Part shown: positions 6,312-16,660 of the stretch, one piece after another
Position numbering within the stretch: position 1 is the first letter of the stretch
How the letters are laid out: the number at the start of each line of letters is the position of its first letter
Source of the DNA: a virus
UHGV virus genome: UHGV-0466844
Length of the DNA: 38,567 nucleotides
Strand: one strand, 5' to 3'
Program-made: the position numbers and the translations under genes
Notes under the pieces: generated by a model
The model's database searches: none
The model's input: only the letters and a program-made list of their open reading frames with translations
Told to the model about the DNA's origin: nothing

Positions 6312-6674
6312 TTATCTACCTCCAAAAAATTTGATTAATTCTAAAACAAATGCAAATACAGCTCCTGCTGATGCACCAATACCAAGGATCATTTTCCACA
6401 TGTTAGTTTTATCAACCATCTTTAGTTCATAATCCCGTTCTTCTGATTTTTCATTTCTATTCAAAACAGCACGCAGGATTTCAGCATTTTGTTCGCTCTG
6501 TCGTGTGTTTTGCTCACGTAAGAAGCGATTTGATTCATCAACTCGTGCAAGTCCTTCGTTCATTGACTTTTGCATTTCTAATGTAATGTCATTAAGACGC
6601 CCCAACTCTTTGTCATGCTGTTTTAACCGCTCCTCATGCGCTTGGACCTGCTTTTCTATTTCCACATATGCCAC
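6312..6674 (-). CDS. XhlA-like protein (N-terminal coiled coil plus one C-terminal TM helix), lysis-associated
   Basis: Coiled-coil N-terminus and TM segment MILGIGASAGAVFAFVLELIKFF. Placed immediately upstream of the holin, as for Bacillus xhlA-xhlB-xlyA cassettes. Confidence 0.55.
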   Translation of the reverse strand: MAYVEIEKQVQAHEERLKQHDKELGRLNDITLEMQKSMNEGLARVDESNRFLREQNTRQSEQNAEILRAVLNRNEKSEERDYELKMVDKTNMWKMILGIGASAGAVFAFVLELIKFFGGR

Positions 6675-6703
6675 CTGCTTTCATAAACTAAAAAGAGCAA
6701 GCT

Positions 6704-6952
6704 TTACGCCTGCTCCTCCACTTCATTTAATAAATCATCCTCAATTGCCCAAACCTTTGCTTGAAAATCATCAATATCTTTACGACATTCGACGCGATTT
6801 TGACGGTACAGATTTTGGTCAGTAATCGATTGGTTAATATTTGTATTTCCAGCACTATCCGTTGTGACATTAGCATTTAGGTAAATAACTTGCTGCCCAT
6901 TAATTTTCGATTCTCCTGTAATGCTGATTGATTTTTTAGTATTTAATGCCAT
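6704..6952 (-). CDS. Hypothetical protein (82 aa) between the tail fiber and the lysis cassette
   Basis: ORF with a stop-start gap to its neighbours; no recognisable motif. Confidence 0.45.
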   Translation of the reverse strand: MALNTKKSISITGESKINGQQVIYLNANVTTDSAGNTNINQSITDQNLYRQNRVECRKDIDDFQAKVWAIEDDLLNEVEEQA

Positions 6953-6985
6953 GATAAATTCCTCCTGTTTATTTAATAATACTGA

Positions 6986-7399
6986 CTATTCAGCAATTTC
7001 TTTTTCAAATTCATCTAACAACCGATCATAGATCTCGGCATCTTTACCAGATAACATGCCATCGTACTCATTCAAAATCCGTGGAACTTCATCAAAGTTT
7101 CGCGCATACATACCGCCCTCAATCACAATTTCTTCATCCATCAAAATTCCTTGTTCTTTATTGAAAGCAGCCACATCTTTTGCATCTTGATCTTTGCCCT
7201 CTTTGAGTTGGCCACTCTCATCAAGCAGATTGAATTTTTCCATCAGAGACTTTTCCTCCTCAGAAAGCTCTGTAAAGGCTTCTCGAATACGTTTTACCAG
7301 CTTTGTACGGTGTCGACTGTCCTTATTCGCTTTAAGCGTCATACCTTCTAAAAAATTGATTGCTGGTGCTAACTCGTTGTTCTTCAATGTGATTTTCAT
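6986..7399 (-). CDS. Hypothetical acidic protein (137 aa) downstream of the tail fiber
   Basis: ORF; position typical for small tail-accessory proteins. Confidence 0.5.
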   Translation of the reverse strand: MKITLKNNELAPAINFLEGMTLKANKDSRHRTKLVKRIREAFTELSEEEKSLMEKFNLLDESGQLKEGKDQDAKDVAAFNKEQGILMDEEIVIEGGMYARNFDEVPRILNEYDGMLSGKDAEIYDRLLDEFEKEIAE

Positions 7400-7431
7400 A
7401 TAATTTCCTCCATTAAAACAGGAGTTAGAAA

Positions 7432-10400
7432 CTAAGCAGCTTCCAACTCCTGTATTCTTATTTTTAATTGTTCCACTTCTTGCTTCAGCAATTGAACTTC
7501 ACGTTCGTGATCAGAGAGTATTACGTTGTGGTACATCGTCAATCGATCATAGGCTAATCCTTCAACTTGACCTTTCTCATCGTAGAATACAACTTCTGTC
7601 ATCCCTTTTTCGTGAAATTCATCAGCAATAAACCCATAGTATCGGCCTTTTACGTTCCCCGAACTCAATTCAAATTTATCAATCCATGATACTGGATTGA
7701 TTTCCAAAATTTTCTTGGCATCAGCTACTATCTTATTAGCTACTTGAATATTCATTTTATACTTACGAGCAGAGGTAATCCGACCAAGGGTCCCGTAACT
7801 TGTGACGCATACTTGCGGACCACTTGAATATGTTTTATTATAGATCGATTTAGACCATACACGGGCACCATTAGAGTCTGCACCAAAACTTATACCACCA
7901 TATAACGAGGAATCACCGCCACCATTTATATCTGTACGTTGTGCATCTAGAGTTATTCCTCCGGAATTACCAGCCCATAAGTCAATATACTTCGACTGCA
8001 TAGCTATTTTGTATCCAGCAGTTATCGTTGCTGTTGAAGCCATTTGCTTAATGCTTTCACTAGCACCACTATTTACCTTTGAGGTACCGAGCCTAATAGT
8101 AGGTGCTAAATATCTGCGTCCACTAATCGTAGAATCATAGGCATAACCGCTAGCTAAGTAAACACCATGTCTCGCTATAACCCAAGCTTCCGAAAACAAA
8201 CCGCCAGCCTCATCTTTGTTGACGTCTGATCCAGATTGTTTTACGCCAATACCAGCACCACGGATATTCTGTTTAGTATCAGCACCGCTTTTATCCCCAT
8301 AACCTAACCATGTAGCATCAGTAAAAAAACTACTCGAGAATGGTTCTTGGTATTCTGTTGATGATAAAAGAACGGCTCTGTGTACAGATTGCCACACGCT
8401 TGTATTTGGATTAGCCATTTTCAAAGCAATTGCTGGTCTATTTCCTGACCACATGCCAGCTTGCCAGATACCATTTTCTTTATACTGACCAGAATGTGTT
8501 TCGGTTGTCAACCCACCATAAGATACAGTCGCTTCACCAAATGTTCCAGTATAAAACTCAATTTTACCGTTCATCAGATTATAACCTGCTGCTAAAGTGT
8601 TACCTGTATCATTTGGCGATAAATATTCACCTCTAGATGCAGTTACTCCAGTAGTAATGTTCATTTGAAAAGTATCATCTAAGTTTTTGATGATTCCCTT
8701 GTTGAAAATGACTTCACCAGTAGCAAGGTTTATAGATAAGTTAGTCCCACTGATCGTTCCCGTAGTAATACTATTTGCATTTAGGTTAATAATATTAACA
8801 TTTGCAGCATTTAACGTGCCTGTAGTAATTTTAGTCGCTGATAGACTGCCGATTTTGGCATCAGTGATTGCAGCATTCGCAATTTTAGCAGTTGATACAG
8901 AAAGGTCTGCAATTTGTGCATTTTTAATCACTCCGTTATCAATTGTTGTCTGACCTGTAATGTGAACTTTATTACCGGAAATCAGTATTGATTCAGTTGA
9001 TACATTGATTTGGTTGACGACATCATTTTTAGAAACTTTAAAATTGATCGTGTCGGACAGTTGGGTAAACTGAGCAGATGTAACATCTGTATTTGCTTCA
9101 TAGATATATAATTCTCGTAGCCTTACTGCTTTGCCGGCTTCTACCCAAATACTAAAAGCAGTGTATGTTGTGGCTTTGATAGTACCTTGAACCCATGTGA
9201 GATATCCTGCTCGAGGCGTAACCTTAATGTTTTCTCCCTCAGCTGAGCCAATTTCTACTGTTCCGCCAGTACTTCCTGTGTTCATGTATAATTTGATGTT
9301 ATAAGTTTTTCCGACAGTTAAAGCAACAGGTGTAGATCCCCAATAAACCCTTTGCTTAGCGGTTCCTGAGGTATTATCAATAAGAAATCCATTTGCATCA
9401 TATTGCCCAGTTATCCCATACCCTTCTACTGTAGGCTTTGGATTCTGCTTCTGGAAGTCTGGATCAGGAAATTTATTGACTAGGTCTGCAATGCTTCCTT
9501 GAACTTCTGTAACTGTCTGTCTAATTCCACTAGCTGTTGCTTCAACTTGTGTAGCTTTTGTAAGAGCTGAATTAGCTGTTGTCTCAACGCTAGAAATCGT
9601 TGTTTTCAAACCATTGGCTGTTGTCTCGACTTGAGTTGCTTTCGTAAGAGCTGAATCGGCGGTATTCTTGACACTAGCTATGGTTTGAATAGTGCCATTT
9701 ACAGTGGATTCAATTTGATTGACTTTCGAGACAGTTGCTAAATCTGCTGGTGCTGGTGACCAATCTTTGAACACTACGTTTGATTTAGTAAGCTTTGCCC
9801 ATTCGATTGAGCTAGTTACTCCTGTAACAGAACCTTCTCCCACATAAATATAAATAATATTTGTTACTGTGTTTGTGCCTTTTTTTCCTTTAAATTTAGC
9901 ATAGTAGGTTCCATCTGTATCTTTAGTTAATCGTCCTACTAATGAAATGAGACCACCATCTAACCATATGCCAGCCCATGTTTTTCCTGCACCTAAAGTC
10001 ATCTTTGCTCTAAATACGTAATCTTCGCCCTCAACCATCAATTCACTCATAGCAAACGTGCTAATCAAATAAGACTCATTAGAAGCTGGAACATTTGAAT
10101 TCAGAAATAGATTTCGATCGCTGGTTACCTGGTTAGCAAGGTTTGTCTCAACACTTGTCAACGTCTGCTTAACACCGTCAACGGTTGATTCCAAAACGTT
10201 CGCCTTACTCAAGGCGCTGTTAGCAGTGTTAGTCACCGTTGCTATGGTTTGTTTTTGACCATCCACTGTGACGACTAAATCATTCAGTTTCTTCGTGGTA
10301 CTTGTGGCAGTCGATTCAACATCCGTGATCCTTCCGGTTAAACCAGTGACTGAGGTTTCAAGCGTTGCCGTCCTACCTTCGACAGCATTCGCCTTATTAT

Positions 10401-11793
10401 AGGCTTCATTCGCTTTTGAGCTAATTGTAGTCACATTGCCATTGATAGTTGCAACATCAGAGACAAGACTATTCACATCAATTTGAATTGCGTCAGCTTT
10501 GGCTTTTGCTGCTTGAGCGTCCTCAGTAGCTTGTTCAGCAGCAGCTTGCGCTTGTTCACCTGCTTGTTTTGCTTGATCGACCGATTCCTTAACTGCATCT
10601 GGATTGATAAAAGGCACCCAATCAAAGCCATCCCAGTAATTCATAATGGTTTGTTCACCATCGATTTGATACCAAATATCCCCTTTGTTTGCGTTAGTGG
10701 GTCTATCTGGACCTTGAAAAACTTGATTTTTCCCATCTGCGGATATCCAAGCTTGATTTGCTGTGCTTATTGCATTTTCTAGACCAGCTTGAACTTCCTT
10801 ACGGTATTCATTTTCTTCATTGATATTTTTTTGGATAATATTGTCAGATCCACATGATACATCGTGATCAATAATGTTCCCTTCAGTATCATAGCTTGTG
10901 GTATATGACATGATTCGAATTTTTTGTTCAAATTCAAGATCCTTGTTGATCGCCATGATATAATCGCCCTCGTGAGGTTGATCATATTCATAACCAGCTT
11001 TCGTTAAATCTTCCATATCGATATCAACTGATATCCCATAAGAACTTTCCACATCATTTTTTAGACGATCAATAAAATTACTTTCAACTTTATACCGTTC
11101 ATCAACGATAGGATCGCCCTCAAGTTTTCCGTATAACTCAGCAAGCGGACTCAAATACTCAACTATTAATCTCCCCTTAGATTCATCATCGGGATCAAAA
11201 AAAGCACCATATCCTCTCAAATAGGTAATGAAAGAACCCGGATCCTTTTCTATCCTAAGCTCATTCAAATTGAATCCTTTTTTTACTATTGTTGAAAGAT
11301 TTGTTCCAACCTTTTCAAGAATACGGACAATTTTCCCATTTACCGAAAACTCAACACCTGTAGAAGAAATAAAATCTTTGAATAAATCAAGGCGATTTTT
11401 CATTCCAAAACTTTCTTTTTCAAAAGATGGTATGGTTACTTCTAAGCGATATTCATAACCGCTACCATTGAAAATGAATTGCAGATAGGCATTAGCAGTA
11501 TTTGAACCATTCATTTCGGAATAAATTACAGATTTTCTCAAATCAAAAAAGAATTCATGAACTGCATCAAACTCAACAACAATACGATTACCTTCGTCAA
11601 TAGGATTTACATAGGTTAAACAATAATTTTCCTCTTCAAACTGTAATCGCCATCCACGACCAATACCTTCTAAAATTTCATCGTTTGTATAGATAGTACC
11701 GGATAAAGATTTTTCGCCATTCACGCCCTTTGTTTTCTGACACTCAACAATTGCAGCGTGTTGTTTACCGTATTCATCAATAAAATTAATCAC
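7432..11793 (-). CDS. Tail-associated lysin (Tal) / tail fiber receptor-binding protein (1453 aa): Tal-like N-terminus, Ala/Gln-rich coiled coil, tandem ~22-aa repeats, C-terminal S74-like intramolecular chaperone domain
   Basis: Follows Dit. Coiled-coil stretch QAKQAGEQAQAAAEQATEDAQAAKAKADAIQ. Repeats SALSKANVLESTVDG / SALTKATQVETTANG / SALTKATQVEATASG. The C-terminus ends with a coiled coil (EREVQLLKQEVEQLKIRIQELEAA), as in endosialidase-type chaperone domains. Confidence 0.75.
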   Translation of the reverse strand: MINFIDEYGKQHAAIVECQKTKGVNGEKSLSGTIYTNDEILEGIGRGWRLQFEEENYCLTYVNPIDEGNRIVVEFDAVHEFFFDLRKSVIYSEMNGSNTANAYLQFIFNGSGYEYRLEVTIPSFEKESFGMKNRLDLFKDFISSTGVEFSVNGKIVRILEKVGTNLSTIVKKGFNLNELRIEKDPGSFITYLRGYGAFFDPDDESKGRLIVEYLSPLAELYGKLEGDPIVDERYKVESNFIDRLKNDVESSYGISVDIDMEDLTKAGYEYDQPHEGDYIMAINKDLEFEQKIRIMSYTTSYDTEGNIIDHDVSCGSDNIIQKNINEENEYRKEVQAGLENAISTANQAWISADGKNQVFQGPDRPTNANKGDIWYQIDGEQTIMNYWDGFDWVPFINPDAVKESVDQAKQAGEQAQAAAEQATEDAQAAKAKADAIQIDVNSLVSDVATINGNVTTISSKANEAYNKANAVEGRTATLETSVTGLTGRITDVESTATSTTKKLNDLVVTVDGQKQTIATVTNTANSALSKANVLESTVDGVKQTLTSVETNLANQVTSDRNLFLNSNVPASNESYLISTFAMSELMVEGEDYVFRAKMTLGAGKTWAGIWLDGGLISLVGRLTKDTDGTYYAKFKGKKGTNTVTNIIYIYVGEGSVTGVTSSIEWAKLTKSNVVFKDWSPAPADLATVSKVNQIESTVNGTIQTIASVKNTADSALTKATQVETTANGLKTTISSVETTANSALTKATQVEATASGIRQTVTEVQGSIADLVNKFPDPDFQKQNPKPTVEGYGITGQYDANGFLIDNTSGTAKQRVYWGSTPVALTVGKTYNIKLYMNTGSTGGTVEIGSAEGENIKVTPRAGYLTWVQGTIKATTYTAFSIWVEAGKAVRLRELYIYEANTDVTSAQFTQLSDTINFKVSKNDVVNQINVSTESILISGNKVHITGQTTIDNGVIKNAQIADLSVSTAKIANAAITDAKIGSLSATKITTGTLNAANVNIINLNANSITTGTISGTNLSINLATGEVIFNKGIIKNLDDTFQMNITTGVTASRGEYLSPNDTGNTLAAGYNLMNGKIEFYTGTFGEATVSYGGLTTETHSGQYKENGIWQAGMWSGNRPAIALKMANPNTSVWQSVHRAVLLSSTEYQEPFSSSFFTDATWLGYGDKSGADTKQNIRGAGIGVKQSGSDVNKDEAGGLFSEAWVIARHGVYLASGYAYDSTISGRRYLAPTIRLGTSKVNSGASESIKQMASTATITAGYKIAMQSKYIDLWAGNSGGITLDAQRTDINGGGDSSLYGGISFGADSNGARVWSKSIYNKTYSSGPQVCVTSYGTLGRITSARKYKMNIQVANKIVADAKKILEINPVSWIDKFELSSGNVKGRYYGFIADEFHEKGMTEVVFYDEKGQVEGLAYDRLTMYHNVILSDHEREVQLLKQEVEQLKIRIQELEAA

Positions 11794-11805
11794 TCAATCA
11801 CCTCC

Positions 11806-12645
11806 CTACTTATAGAGTTCAACGAAATTGAGTAGTTGAATTGACCCTTTAAAATTTGTTGTCAAAGCGATTTTCCCACTTGCAGATGGTGTTAAAATAA
11901 AGTGCTCGTAATTCGTTTTATCATTGACATTCAACGAATTTAGTGTTGTTTCTATCCCTTTAATCATCAATACATCACCACTTGCCATAGGTGTTACAGC
12001 ATGATAGATAAATGTTCTATCCCCAACTTTTACAGTCACATCACCGTTTTGGATAGCATTCGACGTGAGCTTCATTATCCATGGCCATTCTAATTGGCTA
12101 CATTTTGCAGTTCCTGCGTAATCAATAGTTGATGAAACAGTAACTGATCTTGGAATAGTCTCCCCAAATGGAAGCTCTGCCGTTCTTCCTTCAAAGGAAA
12201 ATTTCATTCTTAAACCTGCAGCCGATAATCCGACAAATGTATATGAAATTTCGTTTTCTACGATTATTTTGTATCGATACTTATACGCTTGATGTGGAAT
12301 AGCAAGTAAATTTAAATCGCTTGTTTTTTGACCAGGTAATTCAAAATCATACAGTCCAGCAGTAGGGATTAATTTGGTAATATAAAAAGGCTCATCATTG
12401 CTGATAAGCCCATTTATTTGGTCCTTCTTTTCTTCTAATGCATATGCACTTTGAACAACGAAAGTTCCTGAAATAACGATTCGTTTTTCTTTGTGTACTG
12501 CCCCGGAGAATATATATCCACTTCGGTTTGTTACTTCTCTTTTATTCGTGATTATAGAAGATGAACTGTCTTGAAAGTCAGTGACAAGCAACCCAATGGA
12601 GGAAAGTTTCGTTTCAACTCCATCTTTTGTGATCAAAGCATCCAT
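11806..12645 (-). CDS. Distal tail protein (Dit)
   Basis: 279-aa ORF between the tape measure and Tal; conserved siphovirus gene order. Confidence 0.65.
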   Translation of the reverse strand: MDALITKDGVETKLSSIGLLVTDFQDSSSSIITNKREVTNRSGYIFSGAVHKEKRIVISGTFVVQSAYALEEKKDQINGLISNDEPFYITKLIPTAGLYDFELPGQKTSDLNLLAIPHQAYKYRYKIIVENEISYTFVGLSAAGLRMKFSFEGRTAELPFGETIPRSVTVSSTIDYAGTAKCSQLEWPWIMKLTSNAIQNGDVTVKVGDRTFIYHAVTPMASGDVLMIKGIETTLNSLNVNDKTNYEHFILTPSASGKIALTTNFKGSIQLLNFVELYK

Positions 12646-12657
12646 GATCTTTCCCCC

Positions 12658-15600
12658 TTAGTTAAAATAATCGTTTTTATTTTTATCACGTGCTTCTTTA
12701 CGTTTAACTGTCGTGTAAATCTTATCTCCAACAATTTCATTGTGGACATAGATTTCATCCTTTTTGAGTTCTGATTCTGCGATATCTCGATCCATTTCAT
12801 CAGTCAGGGTACTGATATTTTTATTAGTGAAAGTAGTATCACCAACCATAACTGCTTCTGCTTGATACTGCTGCGCTTTGATAATGGATCCGAACTCGTT
12901 AGCTTGTTTGGCTACAAATCCAAACATTGACTGCATCCCTAGCCCAAGCCCTTTACCTAGCATTTCCCCCATCCAAGCAGTGACTCTGGAAGGTGAATGG
13001 ATATCCAATGCCCTTTGAAGCGTTCTTCGTACATTAGCAGCGATACTATTTGCTACACTATAAATATATCCCGACGAACTCGAAAGCCCACTAGCAAGCC
13101 CAGAACCAGCGTAATAGCCGATACTGTTCATTTGGTATCGCAGACTTGAAAAGGCTGATACTATACGCGAAGATGCGCTTCTTGCTGTAGAAACCATCTT
13201 ATTCATTCCATTGCTAAAGGCAGAAGCCATTTGAGAAGTGCTGCTGCTAATTGAACGAGTTGCTTGGCTCATCGACTGCGTGCTTGCTTTACTTACGCTA
13301 GAAAAACCTTTGTTAACCGTACTTGATACTCTTTGCATTGCACTTGAAGCAGTTTGCTCCATGTTCTGCATAGACTGACCTACGCTTCTAGCCATTGATG
13401 TGATCTGTTTCGTAGAATTTTGATTAATGCCAGACGTGCTGTTATTAACATTGTTCTGCATGGTATTCGCAGCACTTGTAGCGTTCTGTGTTGCTGTATT
13501 CATATTGCTAGTAACACTAGATTGTAGACTACCTAAAGAGCTCGTTACATCACTGGCCATTGCAGAATAGTCACTAGTAGTATTAGATTTTGCATTCTTA
13601 GCGGCTTTTGTTGCATCCACCGAAGCAATGCTGCTTAAATCTGATACTGAATTTTGCATGCTAGACATCGATTTACTAACGCTAGAGTTCGCTGTACTAA
13701 AACTGCTTGCGACTGATTGAGTAGCTGACTGTGTATCAGAATCCATTTCATCGCCTTTGGATTTTGATTTGCCGGTGATTGTATCCCACAAATTACTAAA
13801 TCCATTCTTGATTCCATCCCAAGCACCTTTTAATACTCCGGGAATAGCTTCTAAAACACCGCTAGCAAGAGATTTAACAATATCCCAACCAGCAGCTAAA
13901 ATACTAGGCAACATTTGAATGATAGTGGCTACCAATGACATGATAATTTGGATACCGCTTGAAATGATATTAGGTAGATTTTGTACTATACCGCTAACTA
14001 AAGCTTGGATAATCTGAACCGCTGCTTGTAAGATCATCGGTAGATTTTGCACAATAAAATTACACAAAGCTTGAACAATTTGAACGGCACCATTTAATAG
14101 TTGAGGGATATTGGCCATCAATCCATTGATTAAAGTCAAGATAGCATTCAAAGCTACTGGAAGTAACTGAGGTAACAATTGTGTCAACCCATTAATTAAA
14201 CTTAATAGAATTTGAATACCGGTCTGAATAATCTGTGGTAGATTTGAAACAATATTTCCAACAAAAGCTTCTAGAATTTGTTGCACTGAACTAACGATTT
14301 GCGGAATATTTTCTACAATACCGTTGATTAAGCTTAGCAATAAATTCATACCCATCACTATCAATTGTGGCAATGCGCTTGCTAATGATGTCAGTATAGT
14401 TGTAATAATTGTCAAAGCTGAACTAATTAAAGAAGGCAGATTTTGAGCCACACCGCCAACTAGCGATCCGATAACGTCTACACCAGCTTGAACAATCAAT
14501 GGTAACATTGTGGCAATCGTATTTGCTAATTTACTGATCAGCTGTGTACCGCTACTTATAAGTTGAGGTAATTGCGACGTAATCCCTTGAACAAATTTAG
14601 AAATTACTTCAGGACCTTTTGTTGTGACCATTTTTAACAAATCATCAATTTGAGATCCAAACTGATTATTTACTAATCCAAGACCGGCGACAACAAGCCC
14701 TAAAATTGCTGCAGGTCCAATGGCAGCTAAGGCAACTTGCATAATTGTTGCCATTGCAGAAGTCATGCCGCCTAGCGCACCCATTCCTACAGTAGCCGCA
14801 GAAGAAAGTCCACCGCCAATTTTAGGAAACAGACCGACTAACCCGCTCACGTTTCCTGATACTAAACCGAAAGCTGAACTTAATGGACCAGATAAAATGC
14901 CAGAAAAATTTATAAAACCAGTAGATAGTGTTTTCAGGATTGGTAAAGCACTATTTAAAGTCAATGCGCCACCTAATAACCCAGCGATTGGCAGAATACC
15001 TGAAATTATGGTCTGCATATTTTTTAATGCATCCCCTGATAATTCTGTTCCGTTTATAAAATGATCCAAAACTGGAATAACGCTATCGATCGCCGTATTA
15101 ATCTTATCCATATTGAAATCGCCGATTTTGTCAGTGATTTTACTAATGGCATCAATTCCGACTTGGGAAAGTTTGTCAAAAGAAGGCTGTAATTTGTTTG
15201 TTAATGTTTCTCGCAATCCATCCATTGCTTGCCCGACAGTTTTGTACTCAGTTGCCATTTTACTAAACGTGTCATTGGTACCGACTTTTGTTATAGCATC
15301 AAAGAAATCTTGCGTCTTGATCGTACCATCTTGAACAGCTGTGACCATTTCAGATGTTGACATGCCCATTTCTTTAGCAACTGCTGCAATACCAGCAGGT
15401 GTCTGTTCTAGCATCAACTTGAAGTCTTGCCATTGAACCATTGGTTTTGCAGCCATTTGAGTAGCTTGCTGGCTAAGAGTAGTCATTGCTTGAGTTGGAT
15501 TTTCAGCGGCTGCTGCTAAACCACCAAATCCCATAACCAATTTATCAGTATTTTTTATACCTACCGCTGCTAATTGACTATAAGTTGTGGCCATCTCAGA

Positions 15601-16353
15601 AGCAGAGTAAATTGTTTGAGTTGCAAAATCTTGTAATTCTTTTTTTACTCCAGCGATTTCTTTCTTGCCCATGCCAATATTTTCCATATTGGCATTAAAA
15701 GTTTTCCAAGTTGCAGATCCCTCATTTAAATCTCCAATTAAGCCAGAAATAGCGCCAGTGATCAACGAGATTCCTTTTTGCGCAATTGCATATGCAGCAC
15801 CAATACCCGCAATTTTTTTGATCAATCCGCTGGTGGCATCAGTTACATTATTGGTTTTGCTTCCCATATTGCTCAAGGCTGTTGCTGCTTTTGTTCCTGC
15901 TTTGTTGAAAGCACTAGTTAGACCGCTACCAACTTTGGTACCAATCGTAGAAGTAGTCTTAACCATTCCGTTCAAGCCTTTTGCAACTAGGCTCGAAGTA
16001 TTACTTGCAGCTTTCGATACTTCACTAAAGCCTTTTTTTATGGGTTGAGGAATTTTTTCGCCAATAGATGCAATGACTCGCTGGATTTGACCACCAGCGG
16101 TATTGAACGGAGCGACCATACTGGTTTTGAGCCCGCTTAGCTTTGAAGGAATGACTGAACTGAGTTGCCCCATAATGCTACCAACCTTAGATACAATACC
16201 GTTTGTGCTGTTTGTCATACTAGATTGAACTTTGCTCATAGCAGACGTAGTGCTGCTTACAACCTCAGACATAGCCTTTTTATAGTCGCCGGTATCCGCG
16301 CCAATCAGAGCTTTAATTGATCCGGTTATTTCTCCTGCTGCCATATATCTCAC
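12658..16353 (-). CDS. Tail tape measure protein (1231 aa)
   Basis: Very long Ala/Gly/Ser/Gln-rich protein with many tandem ~11-22-aa repeats of the type IVQNLPxIIxxGIQIIxSLVxxI, Gly-rich hydrophobic stretches and a basic C-terminus. Position follows the G/T chaperones. Confidence 0.9.
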   Translation of the reverse strand: MRYMAAGEITGSIKALIGADTGDYKKAMSEVVSSTTSAMSKVQSSMTNSTNGIVSKVGSIMGQLSSVIPSKLSGLKTSMVAPFNTAGGQIQRVIASIGEKIPQPIKKGFSEVSKAASNTSSLVAKGLNGMVKTTSTIGTKVGSGLTSAFNKAGTKAATALSNMGSKTNNVTDATSGLIKKIAGIGAAYAIAQKGISLITGAISGLIGDLNEGSATWKTFNANMENIGMGKKEIAGVKKELQDFATQTIYSASEMATTYSQLAAVGIKNTDKLVMGFGGLAAAAENPTQAMTTLSQQATQMAAKPMVQWQDFKLMLEQTPAGIAAVAKEMGMSTSEMVTAVQDGTIKTQDFFDAITKVGTNDTFSKMATEYKTVGQAMDGLRETLTNKLQPSFDKLSQVGIDAISKITDKIGDFNMDKINTAIDSVIPVLDHFINGTELSGDALKNMQTIISGILPIAGLLGGALTLNSALPILKTLSTGFINFSGILSGPLSSAFGLVSGNVSGLVGLFPKIGGGLSSAATVGMGALGGMTSAMATIMQVALAAIGPAAILGLVVAGLGLVNNQFGSQIDDLLKMVTTKGPEVISKFVQGITSQLPQLISSGTQLISKLANTIATMLPLIVQAGVDVIGSLVGGVAQNLPSLISSALTIITTILTSLASALPQLIVMGMNLLLSLINGIVENIPQIVSSVQQILEAFVGNIVSNLPQIIQTGIQILLSLINGLTQLLPQLLPVALNAILTLINGLMANIPQLLNGAVQIVQALCNFIVQNLPMILQAAVQIIQALVSGIVQNLPNIISSGIQIIMSLVATIIQMLPSILAAGWDIVKSLASGVLEAIPGVLKGAWDGIKNGFSNLWDTITGKSKSKGDEMDSDTQSATQSVASSFSTANSSVSKSMSSMQNSVSDLSSIASVDATKAAKNAKSNTTSDYSAMASDVTSSLGSLQSSVTSNMNTATQNATSAANTMQNNVNNSTSGINQNSTKQITSMARSVGQSMQNMEQTASSAMQRVSSTVNKGFSSVSKASTQSMSQATRSISSSTSQMASAFSNGMNKMVSTARSASSRIVSAFSSLRYQMNSIGYYAGSGLASGLSSSSGYIYSVANSIAANVRRTLQRALDIHSPSRVTAWMGEMLGKGLGLGMQSMFGFVAKQANEFGSIIKAQQYQAEAVMVGDTTFTNKNISTLTDEMDRDIAESELKKDEIYVHNEIVGDKIYTTVKRKEARDKNKNDYFN

Positions 16354-16625
16354 CCCCTATTTTTGAAATGTTCCAAAGCTTTCAATGCTCGGTCTAAACG
16401 TTTGTTTTGTTTTTTCATTTGCTTGGTATTACGATCAAAGGCTTTTTTAATCCGATTTTCTGCTGATTTCTTGTTGATAATTTTTTTCATCTGCGGTTTT
16501 TTAGCATTCAGAATATAGCGCAAATTAAATCCAAAAATAGCATTTTGTTCCTGTTTATCTAACTCACGCAAACTCAATCCTTCCAGAATTGCTTCCAATT
16601 CCCACAGATAACAATTCATAATCAA
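16350..16625 (-). CDS. Tail assembly chaperone gpT-like frame, probably the C-terminal extension of a G-T frameshift fusion product
   Basis: The -1 frame relative to the upstream G-like ORF stays open for >30 codons across the G stop (hand-checked). Basic C-terminus. Confidence 0.5.
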   Translation of the reverse strand: MIMNCYLWELEAILEGLSLRELDKQEQNAIFGFNLRYILNAKKPQMKKIINKKSAENRIKKAFDRNTKQMKKQNKRLDRALKALEHFKNRG

Positions 16626-16660
16626 ATCAATATCGGTTAAGCCATATCGCGCACAATTGA

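Noticed and set aside
9480-9720. DNA repeats ~66 bp apart in the tail fiber gene
   Set aside because: These are coding repeats (SALTKATQVE...) within one long ORF, not an independent repeat element.
13800-14450. Highly regular ~33-66-bp tandem repeats (…caaagcttggataatctgaac… / …attacacaaagcttgaacaatttgaacggcacc…) that look array-like
   Set aside because: They are in-frame inside the tape measure gene and encode the IVQNLPxII.. peptide repeats. There are no unique spacers, so this is not a CRISPR array.
14720-16048. Plus-strand track ORFs 14720..15064, 15113..15334 and 15665..16048, Pro/Ala/Ile-rich
   Set aside because: They are antisense frames of the repeat-rich tape measure gene, with no start signals. 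The same applies to 8430..8953, 10483..10782, 11228..11458, 13635..13826, 17457..17675, 24023..24689, 26934..27131, 33155..34026 and 36154..36534.
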